64,000 bases of DNA from Haliotis rufescens (taxonomy: Eukaryota), in the NCBI RefSeq assembly GCF_023055435.1, contig NW_025963968.1:6882001-6946000 (forward strand). The letters run 5' to 3'. The notes below the pieces were generated by a model. It did no database searches. It saw only the letters and a program-made list of their open reading frames with translations, and had not been told where the DNA came from. The position numbers were made by a program, and so were the translations under genes. Shown here piece after piece: positions 24,476 through 37,300 of this stretch (within the stretch, counting starts at the first letter, position 1; every line of letters begins with the position of its first letter).

Positions 24476-24859
24476 ACATTATATAAGTCTAACGACATAT
24501 TAATGATCAACCTGAAAGTCGCCAAGACGATGGGACTTGAATTTGTACCATTTTGTTAAAAGAAAACAAATGTAAACGTAGTTCTAACTGTAGCAGTACA
24601 CCATGGGCAGGTTCAGAGATGAATTACCACTTTTAACAATTTGTTCACATTTTGAAACTACCAACTACGCCTTTGAGCCAGATAATAGAAATACAAAACA
24701 TTAATAACACGGTCTATTTAAGGAGGAATCTTACCGACTTTAAAACCTGCATATTACCGTCAAATGAAAACAAAATTTATTTTGTTTGTTCATGAACGGC
24801 TCTACAAAATGATTACTAGATATTGGCAGTCTTTTGCTATCAAATATATAAAAAAATCG

Positions 24860-25070
24860 TTCCGGAGGAATGGGACTTATGTTCGGAGGCATGGGAGGTA
24901 TGTACGTCGGCATAGGAGGTCTATATAGAGGCATAGAATTATGTACATATGCATATGGGTATGTACAGATGCATGGGAAATATATACAAAACATGGGAGG
25001 TATGTGCATAGGGATGTGGGGACCATACACAGGCATGGGGGGTCCATATAGAAGCATGGGAGGCATGATC
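24860..25070 (+). pseudogene. Decayed plus-strand partner of pair 4
   Basis: Reads GGMGLMFGGMGGMYVGIGGLYRG...GMGGPYRSMGGM. No signal peptide or exon 1; the 3' side runs directly into a satellite. Confidence 0.75.
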
Positions 25071-26090
25071 AGAAACTGACCAGACCAAGTGTTACTCAAC
25101 CCTTCTCAGGCATAAGTGTTCTTTAGACTGTCATAGAAACTGACCAGGTCAAGTGTATCTCCACCCTGCTCACGTGTAAGTATTCTATAGAATGGCATAG
25201 AAACTGACCAGGTCAAGTGTTACACAACCCTTCTCAGACATAAGTGTTCTTTAGACTGTCATAGAAACTGACCAGGTCAAGTATATCTCAACCCTGCTCA
25301 CGTGTAAGTGTTCAATAGAATGGCATAGAAACTGACTCAGTCAAGTGTAACTTCACCCTGCTCACGTGTAAGTGTTCTATAGAATGGCATAGAAACTGAC
25401 TAAGTCAAGTGTGACTTCACCCTGCTCATGTGTAAGTCTTCTATAGAATGGCATAGAAACTGACAAAGACAAATGTAACTTCACCCTGCTCACGTGTAAG
25501 TGTTCTATAGAATAACATAGAAACTGACTAAGTCAAGCGTAATTTCACCCTTCTCAGGCATAAGTGTTCTTTAGACTGTCATAGAAACTGACCAGGTCAA
25601 GTATAACTCCAGCCTGCTCACGTGTAAGTGTTCTATAAAACGGCATAGAAACTGACTAAGTCAAGTGTAACTTCACCCTGCTCACGTGTAAGTGTTCTAT
25701 AGAATAACATAGAAACTGACCAGGTCAAGTGTAACTTCACCCTGCTCACGTGTAAGTGTTCTATAGAATACCATAGAAACTGACTAAATCAAGTTTAACT
25801 TCACCCTGCTCACGTGTAAGTGTTCTATAGAATAACATAGAAACTGACCAGGTCAAGTGTAACTTCACCCTGCTCACGTGTAAGTCTTCTTTCGACTGTC
25901 ATAGAAACTGACCAGGTCAAGTGTAACGTCACCCTGCTCATGTGTAAGTGTTCTATATGCTTACATAGAAAGTGACCAGGTCAAGTATAACTTCACCCTT
26001 CTCACGTGTAAGTGTTCTATAGACTGACATAGAAACTGACCAAGTCAAGTGTAACTCCACCCTTCTCAGGCGTAAGGGGTCTATAGAAAC
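25071..26090. repeat. 64-bp tandem satellite, 16 units
   Basis: AGAAACTGAC recurs at 25071, 25135, 25199 ... 26031 (exact period 64). Confidence 0.95.
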
Positions 26091-26989
26091 ACAGGAGTGC
26101 ACACACACCGAGCCGACATAAATTAATCTGCCTATTCGTACATCTACCATGTCACCTACAGACATTGCATGGTATCACAGAGCACACTGACTACCTATGT
26201 GGAGGTCAAATATATCAACATTTGCATTACAGAAACACATTACAGGAAATAATACCAAAGATCAACATGTAATACAACTACAAATACTGTAGTATACAAC
26301 TACTTTCTTCACCTGACAAACAACGTCACAACCTTTAGAATTAAAGATAAGTCAGTATCATACATATTTATTATGAGGTCTGTGCATTTAAGCTAAGAAG
26401 ACCTAACAGGAAGCTGACATTAATAGTGCTTTACTCTGATCCCGGACGAAACCGTTAGATTCTGTCTGATTCCTGATTACAATACATAATCTGCTCTCTC
26501 ACAGCATCGGCAGACGAAACTCGTCCACCAGGAGGACATTTTCGAATTGAACAGTTGGCCATTGGAATGGATACAAGTAATTCTACTTTGTGCTTATAAC
26601 TGTGGCATGTCAAAATCAAACTATACATTTTGGCGTTTTCCAATACCATGCACTGAAATGAAATATCATTTACAATTAGACCCTCAAGATCGTTAACGGT
26701 ACCGTACTAATGAGTTTATGGTGTCCTGTTTTAATTTAATTTTCCACTTTTTTAAATGTACGATAAACTCATTACTACGGTTCCAGTGACGATCTTTAGA
26801 ACTACAGAGATATAATCCAACCTAGTTTTATTTAGTGTAAGCCTAACTGATTGGTATGCATGGGGGTACAAAAAGTATCAAAGGATGAGGTTCTTGTCAT
26901 CAAGAATCTGGAGATAAATTCTGAATCTCAGAGTAAGAGCACTCTATGGAATCTGTTGTTTAATGTGCACCAGATCTTAGTTGTAACGG

Positions 26990-27347
26990 TGAAGGTGAGG
27001 TGAAATGGGGTTTAACGTCGCGTCCAAGATTATTGCACATATATAGCGACGTGCATGTACGTGTGTGTGTTTGTGTGGGTGCTTGTACAAGTCCGGACTG
27101 ATGCCGATTTTTAGTGCTAGCTCACTGAGAACCATGCCGCAGTTTAACATGAATACCCCACTCAGACACAGTATACTGACTCCGAGCCGACCAGTCCTTG
27201 TTTTAGCCCCTTAATGCCGAGCGCCAGACAGGGTAACAACAAGTACCATCTTTTTACGTCTTTTGGTATGACGCGGCCGGGGATCGAACCCCGGATTTTC
27301 CGCTCTCCGGGCGAACGCTCTATCACTAGACCATGGAGGCGGTCTAG
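26990..27347 (-). mobile_element. tRNA-derived SINE with Meta/RUDI-like central domain
   Basis: Minus strand: tRNA head (GGTCTAGTGA...GGTTCGATCCCC), GTCATACCAAAAGAC...GATGGTACTTG...GGCGCTCGGCATTAAGG, tail GACGTTAAACCCC. Family assigned from memory of the consensus. Confidence 0.75.
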
Positions 27348-28543
27348 TTGAAACGGCATGTGAGTGAAGTACAATGTAAATGTATCTTTTTCGAGCTAAA
27401 TGGTGGGTATGTATATGATTGTAAATAGAATAAAGAACCAAATAATCAGTGCTCTCTCTATATATTCATATATAGATGTCTGGCGATGGGAACCGTCAAA
27501 ATAATGTGAATGTTTTGTTTTACAGAAAGCGTTCAACATGCATTGAATAATAGTGTCAAAATCTCAAACAGGGCACTCGGTTATGTCAACGTAGGTCTCT
27601 TTTTATGCATGTTTTAGTTTATGACGGGGGTTATAATCACATTTAGATAATATGAAGTGCAACAAAATGGTCCTATGCATTCTATGCAAAGTGCTAAGAT
27701 TGTCGGATGTCGGATCTTGTGAGTTCTCTTCACCAATAAAATATTTCTTTCTGACCACTGATGCACCGTGCCTGGCTCTTACTGTACTGTACGCCGTGAT
27801 ATAACTGGAATACTGTTAAAAGCGGCGTTAAACCCAACTCACTCACTCACGCACTCACTACTGTACTGTAAATTCAGATGATTTATGCAGTACCTTGTAC
27901 CGTGACTGCAACTGATGTACACTCATTAAATGTTTAAAATACCTGAGATCAGATGTACAAAAACATCAACATCCATATGCAACACCAGCTACGTCACATT
28001 TCAATCATATATGTTATATCAGTTCGCGAAAAGGTAAGCGTATCCTGCCCCATCGGTGGCACCCGTAACAAACACAGGCAAAGGCAAGTCAATTGTTCAA
28101 CAGAAAAAAATATGGTCAAAATAGGGAATTGCATCGAACATTATTTTTGTAACTGATGCATCCAGTTCATCCTTTTTTCAGTGTCCAGCATTCATGTTTT
28201 GTTTTATTCACTGCTCAATTATTCGTGCAAGTTCCTGTAAAAAAACGTAAACACGACACCGCAATATAACATGTATGAGACAAGTCGTGTTATAACGGAT
28301 TTAAAAAGTGATTTGACGAGACGAGACAAGACGTTAAAATAGGTGGGAAATGAGCACATTCATCCGTCTTGTAATGCACATTATCACATACCCTGTTTTC
28401 ATCTGTAATACATAGGGACTAGACCTAGATTATCTGTGTACAATGTAATATAACGTAATGTAATTCATGATTTAGAAAGCTCGTTGCACAGACTTGATTA
28501 TCACATATCGTTTCATTGTTATAAACGACCCCCTAATTTAAAC

Positions 28544-28780
28544 GGGGGCACGGGTGGCACAGTCGTCTAAGGCGCCAGAATGCGCCGTGAGCTGATAGTG
28601 GTTCGAATCCTGGTTCGCCCTGATGATGTTTCTAGGTTTGTCAGCATCATAACCGAATTCGTTGGCTTCACCAAAGTGGTTTATTGTCAGATATCTGCAT
28701 CACTTCGGGTTTCCTCACACACTAAGCTGATAAAACTTGAATACTGTTCGAAGTGGTGTTAAACCCAATCCCCACTAAAT
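28544..28780 (+). mobile_element. tRNA-derived SINE (copies at about 32045-32280 and 36810-37045)
   Basis: GGTGGCACAGTCGTCTAAGGCG...GGTTCGAATCC head; GAATACTGTTCGAAGTGGTGTTAAACCC tail. Confidence 0.7.
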
Positions 28781-30339
28781 ATATAATGATGTCAACGCAT
28801 ATATCATAGAATAAGCGGTAATAGGAGGATAGATATGAACGAGTATTAACTCAGACCTACGTTTTCTGCCATATTGCTGTTTAAAGGGTTTGAGGTCAGC
28901 AGCAATCTAATCAGGAGGATATCACGTGTTGGCGAGCAAGTCCAAGGAGAAAGAAAATTGCTCCGAGACAAGTTGTTTGATAGGTATCAGCTTCCATCTT
29001 GCCGGGGAGGACGCGGAAGACTCAGCCAAGACGGATGCTGGCAGGTACTGGCTTGATCCACCAGTCTGTTGCGTGGACGAATGTTAACATGGTGAATCTA
29101 TAATAAACATCTGCCCAATGCAGAATCCGTTGTTCAAATTCCAAACACGTCATCAGAACGTGTTTATAAATCACTATCAAATATCTTGACATCAGATATT
29201 CGCGAAAAGGTGAGTTGGTTAGATCGCTGACTTTGTGTGCTGCCGTAAAGGTGCCTCACTCCGGCGGTGTGGGTTCGAATTCCGTACGGGACTCAACCAA
29301 AAAAAGTACGAGAATCTGTACTTTACTAAGAAAGTGTTATCCCAAATATACAAAAATGTATACAGCTCATCTGGGCATGTAACTTATGCAACTTATGTTT
29401 CGTATATATGCGTATACACACCGGCTACATTCACATGTCGGCACTACATGTATAGGTATAAAACTTATCCTCAAGCAAATTGTCGGATATACATGTACAT
29501 GCATACTGTTCTCACACAAAGCTCGGATATATATGTATATACATATCGTCCTCATACAAATGTCGGATATATATGTATATGCATGTTTTCTTCATGCTTG
29601 TCGGCTACTTACTCATATCGACAACATGTAAACTATACGGCTCTCAATACATTACACGTCAAACATCAAACAGCAACTTTTGTTAGAAATATAGGTTGCA
29701 TTATTTCGGAGATAAGAAATTACGGTCAGACGGTGTATAAAAATAGTAAATGACACGACACACCTTTTTCTGTATCGGAAAGGGATACAAGGCCAAATGG
29801 ACGTGTGTGTTGTTATATACATGTTGAACGTAATTTTGAAAGGATCACGTCGTAGATAAACAAATAAAATCTATTCTTGTGCTGATTTCTTAAAATTAAT
29901 TTATGTCATTCAAATATTAATTAAAGGTTGTATTTAATAATATGACTCTAAACGTTGACGTTAAGTGTAATATCGATCGATCAGTACACTGTTTCCGAAA
30001 TTACAAGAAACGATCCATAATGGTTCACATACGACAATCCGACATTCACCGAGTACAGCCATCCAAAGATCTAGGCAACGTTTGATATGCGGAGTTATTT
30101 AGATCTTAATAGGATATCAGGTTGGATGTCTATTACATGTACAAGCTAATGAAGAAGAATGGTTTGATGTGTGTGCGTAGGTAGCCTTGATTAAATCAGG
30201 GACGTGACACTACCTCCTAGACAATGTTACAATGATATCTTTGATAGCTCTAGACTAAAACATACACCAACAGACACAAGGCAAATGTATTTCAGTTCTA
30301 ATGAGAAGATACATTATTCTGCTACTTCTAGTGCAACAA

Positions 30340-30750
30340 AGACCTAGGTCACCACACACACATGACACAGTCTATGATAGTTCTAGTCTAAAAAACAGCG
30401 AGGTCACCACACACAAATATGATACATTCTCTGATAGTTCTAGTTTAGCAAACAGCGAGGTCACTCCGCACATGATACTATTTAATCTGATACTTCTAGT
30501 TTAACGAACTCCAAGATCCCCTACAAGCATATTTCACATCATCTGATTTTTTTCTTAAACAACAATCAAGACGAACCACACACATATGATACACTATCTG
30601 GTACTTTTTGTTTGACAAAAACAAATGTCAACCACACCACACATGATACCCTATTTGACCTGATACTTGTACTTTAACAAACGCCAAGGTCATGCTCCAC
30701 ACATGACACTATCTGATAGATGTAGACTAACATACAAATGGTCACACACA
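30340..30750. repeat. Degenerate approximately 50-bp minisatellite (also about 35105-35510 and 38685-39090)
   Basis: Recurrent AGGTCACCACACA...ATGA(C/T)AC...CTGATA..TTCTAGT.TAA.AAAC. Confidence 0.75.
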
Positions 30751-32790
30751 GACATAGGTTGCTTTGATTGAGATCACCTTCAACTTTTTTCGATAGGATT
30801 TGTCGCTTACAGTTGTGTTCAAACTGCTTCTTTTTTCGATATGAAAACATAATCGCAATGGAATGACAAATATCAGATATATTTTGTAGCGTTAAGATGA
30901 GAATACATGTAACAGCGCTGACACAGCATTGGAATCATCATGGCCACACATGGCTCAGACCCAGCGGCGCAGCGAGTATTCCGTGGACAATACAAAGAAG
31001 TTGTTATCCATAAAATTGTGTCTACCTTGTCATCCGTCAACTTCCAAGTAATGTCAGACAATTGACAATACGAGGGTTGATTTATAGGAAAAAGTGCTTA
31101 ATACCAAAAGCGTGGCTGCAACTGATGTACACTGTGTCATTGAATGTTTAAAATACCTGAGATCAGATGTAGAGAAACATCAACATCCATATCCAACACC
31201 AGCTACGTCACATTTCAATCATATATGTTATATCAGTTTGTAGGAGGCGGAGAATATTCGTGTTTAAATAAATTTCGGGGTTGAACTTAATCCCCTTGTG
31301 CAGCTTAATACTTGGCACTTGCGTGGTAAGTCATTGGTAATACGTGATCAGCTTTGCGAAAAGAGGCTTTTGTGAAAATGGTTGTTCAAAAATATTATTC
31401 AATAGATAAAGTGACAAAACCCTTTCCATATCTAATAGACATCTCTGCATGAGACTGTTGTACAATTCCGACTATATCATGAGCATGTGTTTATGAATCA
31501 CTATCAAATAGTAATGATACCAGGTGTTCGCGAAAAGGTAAGCATATCCTGTCCCACCGCTGGCACCCGTAACAAACACAGGCAAAGGCAAGTCACTTGT
31601 TCAACAGAAAAATATGGGAACATATTGTACAAGTCAAAATAGGGAATTGCATCGAACATTATTTTTGTCATTGTTGCATCCAGTTCATCCTTTTTTCAGT
31701 GTCCAGCATTCATGTTTTGTTTTATTCACTGCTCAATTATTCGTGCAAGTTCCTGTAAAAAACGTAAACACGACACCGCAATATAACATGTATGAGACAA
31801 GTCGTGTTATAACGGATTCAAAACGAGACAAGACGTTAAAATAGGTGGCAACTGAGCACATTCATCCGTCTTGTAATGCACATTATAACAGACCCTGCGT
31901 TCATCTGTAATACATAGGGACTAGACCTAGATTATCTGTGTACAATGTAATATAACGTAATGTAATTCATGATTTAGAAAACTCGTTGCACAGACTTGAT
32001 TATCACATATCGTTTCATTGTTATAAAAGACCCCGTAATAAAACGGGGGCACGGGTGACACAGTCGTCTAAGGCGCTAGAATGCGCCGTGAGCTTATAGT
32101 GGTTCGAATTCTGGTTCGCCCTGATTATGTTTCTAGGTTTGTCAGCATCATAACCGAATTCGTGGGCTTCACCAAAGTGGTTTATTGTCAGATATCTGCA
32201 TCACTTCGGGTTTCCTCACACACTAAGTTGATAAAACTTGAATTTTGTTCGAAGTGGTGTTAAACCTAATCCCAACTAAATATATAATGATGTCAACACA
32301 TATATCATAGAATGGCGGTAATAGGAGGATAGATATGAACGAGTATTAACTCAGACCTACGTTGTCTGCCATATTGAGGTTTAACGGGTTTGAGATCTCA
32401 TACTCAGGTCAGCAGCAATCTAATAAGGAGGATATCATGTGTAGGCGAGCAAGTCCAGGGAGAAAAAAATTGCTCCGAGACAACTTGTTTGATAAGTATC
32501 AGTATCAATCTTGCCGGGGAGGACGCGCAAGATCCAGCCAAGACGGATCCTGGCAGCTACTGGCTTGATCAACTAAATTGTTGCGTGGACGAATGTTAAT
32601 CTATAATAAACATCTGCCCAATGCAGAATCCATTGTACGATTCCAAACACATCATCAGACCGTGATTATAAATCACTATCAAATATCGTGACATCAGGTA
32701 TTCGCGAAAAGGTGACCGTATACTGCTCTGACAACACAAAGTACGTGCTCTAGACGACCAGTTGTCGGACTTTCATTTTGTGGAAGTCTC

Positions 32791-32930
32791 GGTGAGTGGG
32801 TTAGATCGCTGACTTTGTGTGCTGGCGATCAGGTGCCTCACTCCGACAGTGTGGGTTCGAATTCCGTACGGGATTCAACCAAAAAAAGTACGAGAATCTG
32901 TACTTTACTAAGAAAGTGTTATCCCAAATA
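32791..32930 (+). repeat. tRNA-like head with long variable arm (copies at about 29209 and 37567); pseudo-tRNA or SINE part
   Basis: GGTGAGTGGGTTAGATCGCTGAC...GTGGGTTCGAATTCC. No convincing acceptor stem. Confidence 0.55.
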
Positions 32931-33088
32931 TAACATCCCAAATATCCTAAATGTATACAGCTCATCTAGGCATGCTACTTATGTTTCGTATATATGCATA
33001 TACACACCGGCTACATTCACATGTCGGCACTACAAGTATAAGTATAAAAATTATCCTCAAGCAAATTGTTGGATATACATGTACATAC

Positions 33089-34351
33089 GGTAACCTCCCA
33101 AAACCCCTACATCCCATTTCCCCTACAGATTAAGACAACAAAGTTCACGGACCATGGCACTGCTAATCCCTAGTCTATTACCTATTTCATACAATGGAAC
33201 AACCCAAGAAACACGAATAGATTGAGATAAATATTAAATTACGATTACGATATTATTCAAATTTCATAATACATTATAAGAAAATGTTCATTTATCAAAA
33301 TTCATAATACATTATAATAAAATGTTCATTTTTCAAAATTCATAATACATTATAACAAAATGTTCATTTTTCAAAATTCATAATACATTATAATAAATTT
33401 CATCTCAAATGTTCAATTCACTCTTTATCCGAGCCTGAGGAAATGGCCAACCGTATAACTGCATTGGGGATTTCACCTCTCTATTCAACTCGTCTATTCA
33501 AGACGGTTCTCCACCTCTCTGTACACTCTCTTGCTGCTCCTAAGTCGAGCTGTAAAATCTTAGCTCGTTCTGCCTGTTCCACCTTCCTGACTACCTCCAC
33601 AAATCGGTAGATGTTGGGATGTCGGTGAGGGAGACCTCGGTTGAGTCGGTTATGAAAGCCTTCCAGGTTGTTGTTCGTCCTGCGACCTGTTGTACCGTGA
33701 TGGTTCCACAGTGGTAGGGGGAATCGTGCTCCGTGGTCGACCCAGGTAGTGACGATGTAGTCGTTGAAGGCGACAGCTCTCGGTACATCTGGTGTGGTGT
33801 CCGTTGCGTCAACCCACGTGTCCTCTGTAGCATTCCTTATCACGGTTCCTACTGTCGTGAGTCTTCCTCTACATGTGGACTTGACACACTACCAGTGTAC
33901 GCAAGTCAGTCTCTCGACGTTCTTAGTGTGAAGATAACCATCAAAAAGGACTTGGGGCTTTCCTCTCTGTGACATAACAAACTCAACATAGCGAAGCCCA
34001 GACATGTTGATGTCATGTTAGTCAGATTCAAGTATCTATATACTAAACCTAGCCATCTCAACTGTAAATCGTCCATCTCAGTGTAATAATTGTTATTTTT
34101 GTAATTTTTTAAAATTGTCTTCTCATTATATAGGCATCTTTCATTACACTTACATTATTTAAAAAAAAAATAATTCCCCTAGTCCCCTAAAGCTCTACCC
34201 CTTTCATTTCTACTACCTCTACTCCAGACCTTAATCTCTCCTTTAGGTGAGTTCATAATACCAGACAGGTAAATGCCGCGTGTTGTTTTAACTAATTGTA
34301 GGGGAACTGGGTTGTAGGGGAAATGGGATGTAGGGGTTTTGGGAGATAACC
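33089..34351 (-). mobile_element. Internally deleted Mutator-like element (MULE)
   Basis: TIR GGTAACCTCCCAAAACCCCTACATCCCATTTCCCCTACA with its inverse at the right end; TSD GTACATAC/GCACATAC. ORF 33481-33843 has the MULE transposase C-terminal motif WN..RTNNNLEGFHNRLN..HPNI. Present only in the middle tandem unit. Confidence 0.88.
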
Positions 34352-37300
34352 GCACATACATACTGTTCTCACACAAAGCTCAGATATACATGTAGATACA
34401 TATATATACATTACACGTCAAACATCAAACTGTAACTCTTATTAGACATATAGGTTCCATTATTTCGGAGATAAGAGATTACGGCCAGACGGTGTATAAA
34501 AATAGTAAAGGACACGACACACCTTTTTCTGTATCGGAAAGGGATACAAGGCCAAATGGACGTGTCTATTGTCATATACATGTTGAACGTAATTTTTAAA
34601 AGGATCACGTCGTAGATAAACCAATAAAATCTATTCTTGTGCTGGTTTCTTAAAATTAATTTATGTCATTCAAATATTAATTAAAGGTTGTATTAAATAA
34701 TATGACTCTATACGTTGAGGTTAAGTGTAATATCGATCGATCACTAAACTGTTTCCGAAATTACAAGAAAAAATCCATAATGGTTCATATACGACAATCC
34801 GACATTCACCGAGTACAGCCATTCAAAGATCCAGGCATCGTTTGATATGCGGAGTTATTTAGATCTTAATAGGATATCAGGTTGGATGTCTATTACATGT
34901 ACAAGCTAATGTAGGAGAATGGTTTGATGTTTGTGCGTAGGTATCCTTGATTAAATCAGGGACGTGACACTACCTCCTAGACAATGTTACAATCTTTGAT
35001 AGCTCTAGACTAAAACATACTACAATCACCAACAGACACATGGCAAATGTATTTCAGTTCTAATGAGATGATACATTATTCTGCTACTTCTAGTGCAACA
35101 AAATCCTAGGTCACCACACACACATGACACAGTCTATGATAGTTCTAGTCTAAAAACAGCGAGGTCACCACACACAAATATGATACATTCTCTGATAGTT
35201 CCAGTTTAGCAAACAGCGAGGTCATCCCCCACACATGATCTGATCGGATACTTCTAGTTTAACGAACTCCCAGATCCCCTACAAGCATATTTCACATCAT
35301 CTGATTATTTTCTTAAACAAAAACCAAGGTGAACCACACACATATGATACACTATCTGGTTCTTTGAGTTTGACAAAAACAAATGTCAACCACACCACAC
35401 ATGATACCCTATTTGACCTGATACTTGTACTTTAACAAACGCCAAGGTCATGCTCCACGCATGACACTATCTGATAGATATAGACTAACTTACAAATGGT
35501 CACACACAGACATAGGTTGCTTTGATTGAGATCACCTTCAACCTTTTTCGATAGGATTTGTCGCTTACAGTTGTGTTCAAACTGCTTCTTTTGTCGATAT
35601 GAAAACATAATCGCAATGGAATGACAAATATCAGATATATTTTGTAGCGTTAAGATGAGAATACATGTAACAGCGCTGACACAGCATTGGGATCATCATT
35701 GCAACACATGGCTCAGACCCAGCGGCGCAGCGAGTATTCCGTGGATAATACGAAGAAGTTGTTATCCATAAAAGTGTGTCTACCTTGTCATCCGTCAACT
35801 TCCAAGTAATGCCTATCTGACAATTGACAATACGAGGGTTGATTTATAGGAAAAAGGGATTAACACCAAAAGCGTGGCTGCAACTGATGTACACTGTGTC
35901 ATTGAATGTTCAAAATACCTGAGATCAGATGTAGAGAAACATCAACATCCATATGCAACACCAGCTACGTCACATTTCAATCATATATGTTATATCAGTT
36001 TGTAGGAGGCGGAGAATATTCGTGTTTAAATACATTTCGGGGTTGAACTTAATCCCCTTGTGCAGCTTAATACTTGGCACTTGCGTGGTAAGTCATTGGT
36101 AATACGTGATCAGCTTTGCGAAAAGAGGCTTTTGTGGAAAACGGTTGTTCAAAAATATTATTCAATATATAAAGTGACAAAACCCTTTCCATATCTAATA
36201 GACATCTCCGCATGAGGCTGTTGTAAAATTCCGACTATATCATGAGCATGTGTTTATGAATCACTATCAAATAGTAATGATACCAGGTGTTCGCAAAAAG
36301 GTGAGCGTATCCTGCCCCATCGGTGGCACCCGTAACAAACACAGGCAAAGGCAAGTGAATTGTTCAACAGAAAAAAATATGGGAACATATGGTACAAGTC
36401 AAAATAGGGAATTGCATCGAACCTTATTTTTGTCATTGATGCATCCAGTTCATCCTTTTTTCAGTGTCCAGCATTCATGTTTTGTTTTATTCACTGCTCA
36501 ATTATTCGTGCAAGTTCCTGTAAAAAACGTAAACACGACACCGCAATATAACATGTATGAGACAAGTCGTGTTATAACGGATTCAAAACGAGACAAGACG
36601 TTAAAATAGGTGGCAACTGAGCACATTTATCCGTCTTGTAATGCACATTATCACAGACCCTGCGTTCATCTGTAATACATAGGGACTAGACCTAGATTAT
36701 CTGTGTACAATGTAATATAACGTAATGTAATTCATGATTTAGAAAACTCGTTGCACAGACTTGATTATCACATATCGTTTCATTGTTATAAAAGACCCCG
36801 TAATAAAACGGGGGCACGGGTGGCACAGTCGTCTAAGGCGCTAGAATGCGCCGTGAGCTGATAGTGGTTCGAATCCTTGTTCGCCCTGATTATGTTTCTA
36901 GGTTTGTCAGCATCATAACCGAATTCGTGGGCTTCAACAAAGTGGTTTATTGTCAGATATCTGCATCACTTCGGGTTTCCTCACACACTAAGTTGATAAA
37001 ACTTGAATACTGTTCGAAGTGGTGTTAAACCCAATCCCCACTAAATATATAATGATGTCAACACATATATCATAGAATAGGCGGTAATAGGAGGATAGAT
37101 ATGAACGAGTATTAACTCAGACCTACGTTTTCTGCCATATTGCTGTTTAAAGGGTTTGAGATATCATACTCAGGTCAGCAGCAATCTAATCAGGAGGATA
37201 TCATGTGTAGGCGAGCAAGTCCAGGGAGAAAGAAAATTGCTCCGAGACAAGTTGTTTGATAAGTATCAGCATCCATCTTGCCGGGGAGGACGCGCAAGAC

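Noticed and set aside
25071-26090. CRISPR-like regular array
   Set aside because: There are no unique spacers, whole units repeat, the context is eukaryotic and no cas genes are present.
28544-28620. Functional tRNA genes (also 17332, 27345 and 32791)
   Set aside because: The cloverleafs are imperfect, and most continue into SINE bodies and tails.
29235-29753. 172-aa Tyr-rich ORF in the tandem unit
   Set aside because: It is low-complexity (TA/CA-rich) sequence and the frame is not preserved in the other two copies.
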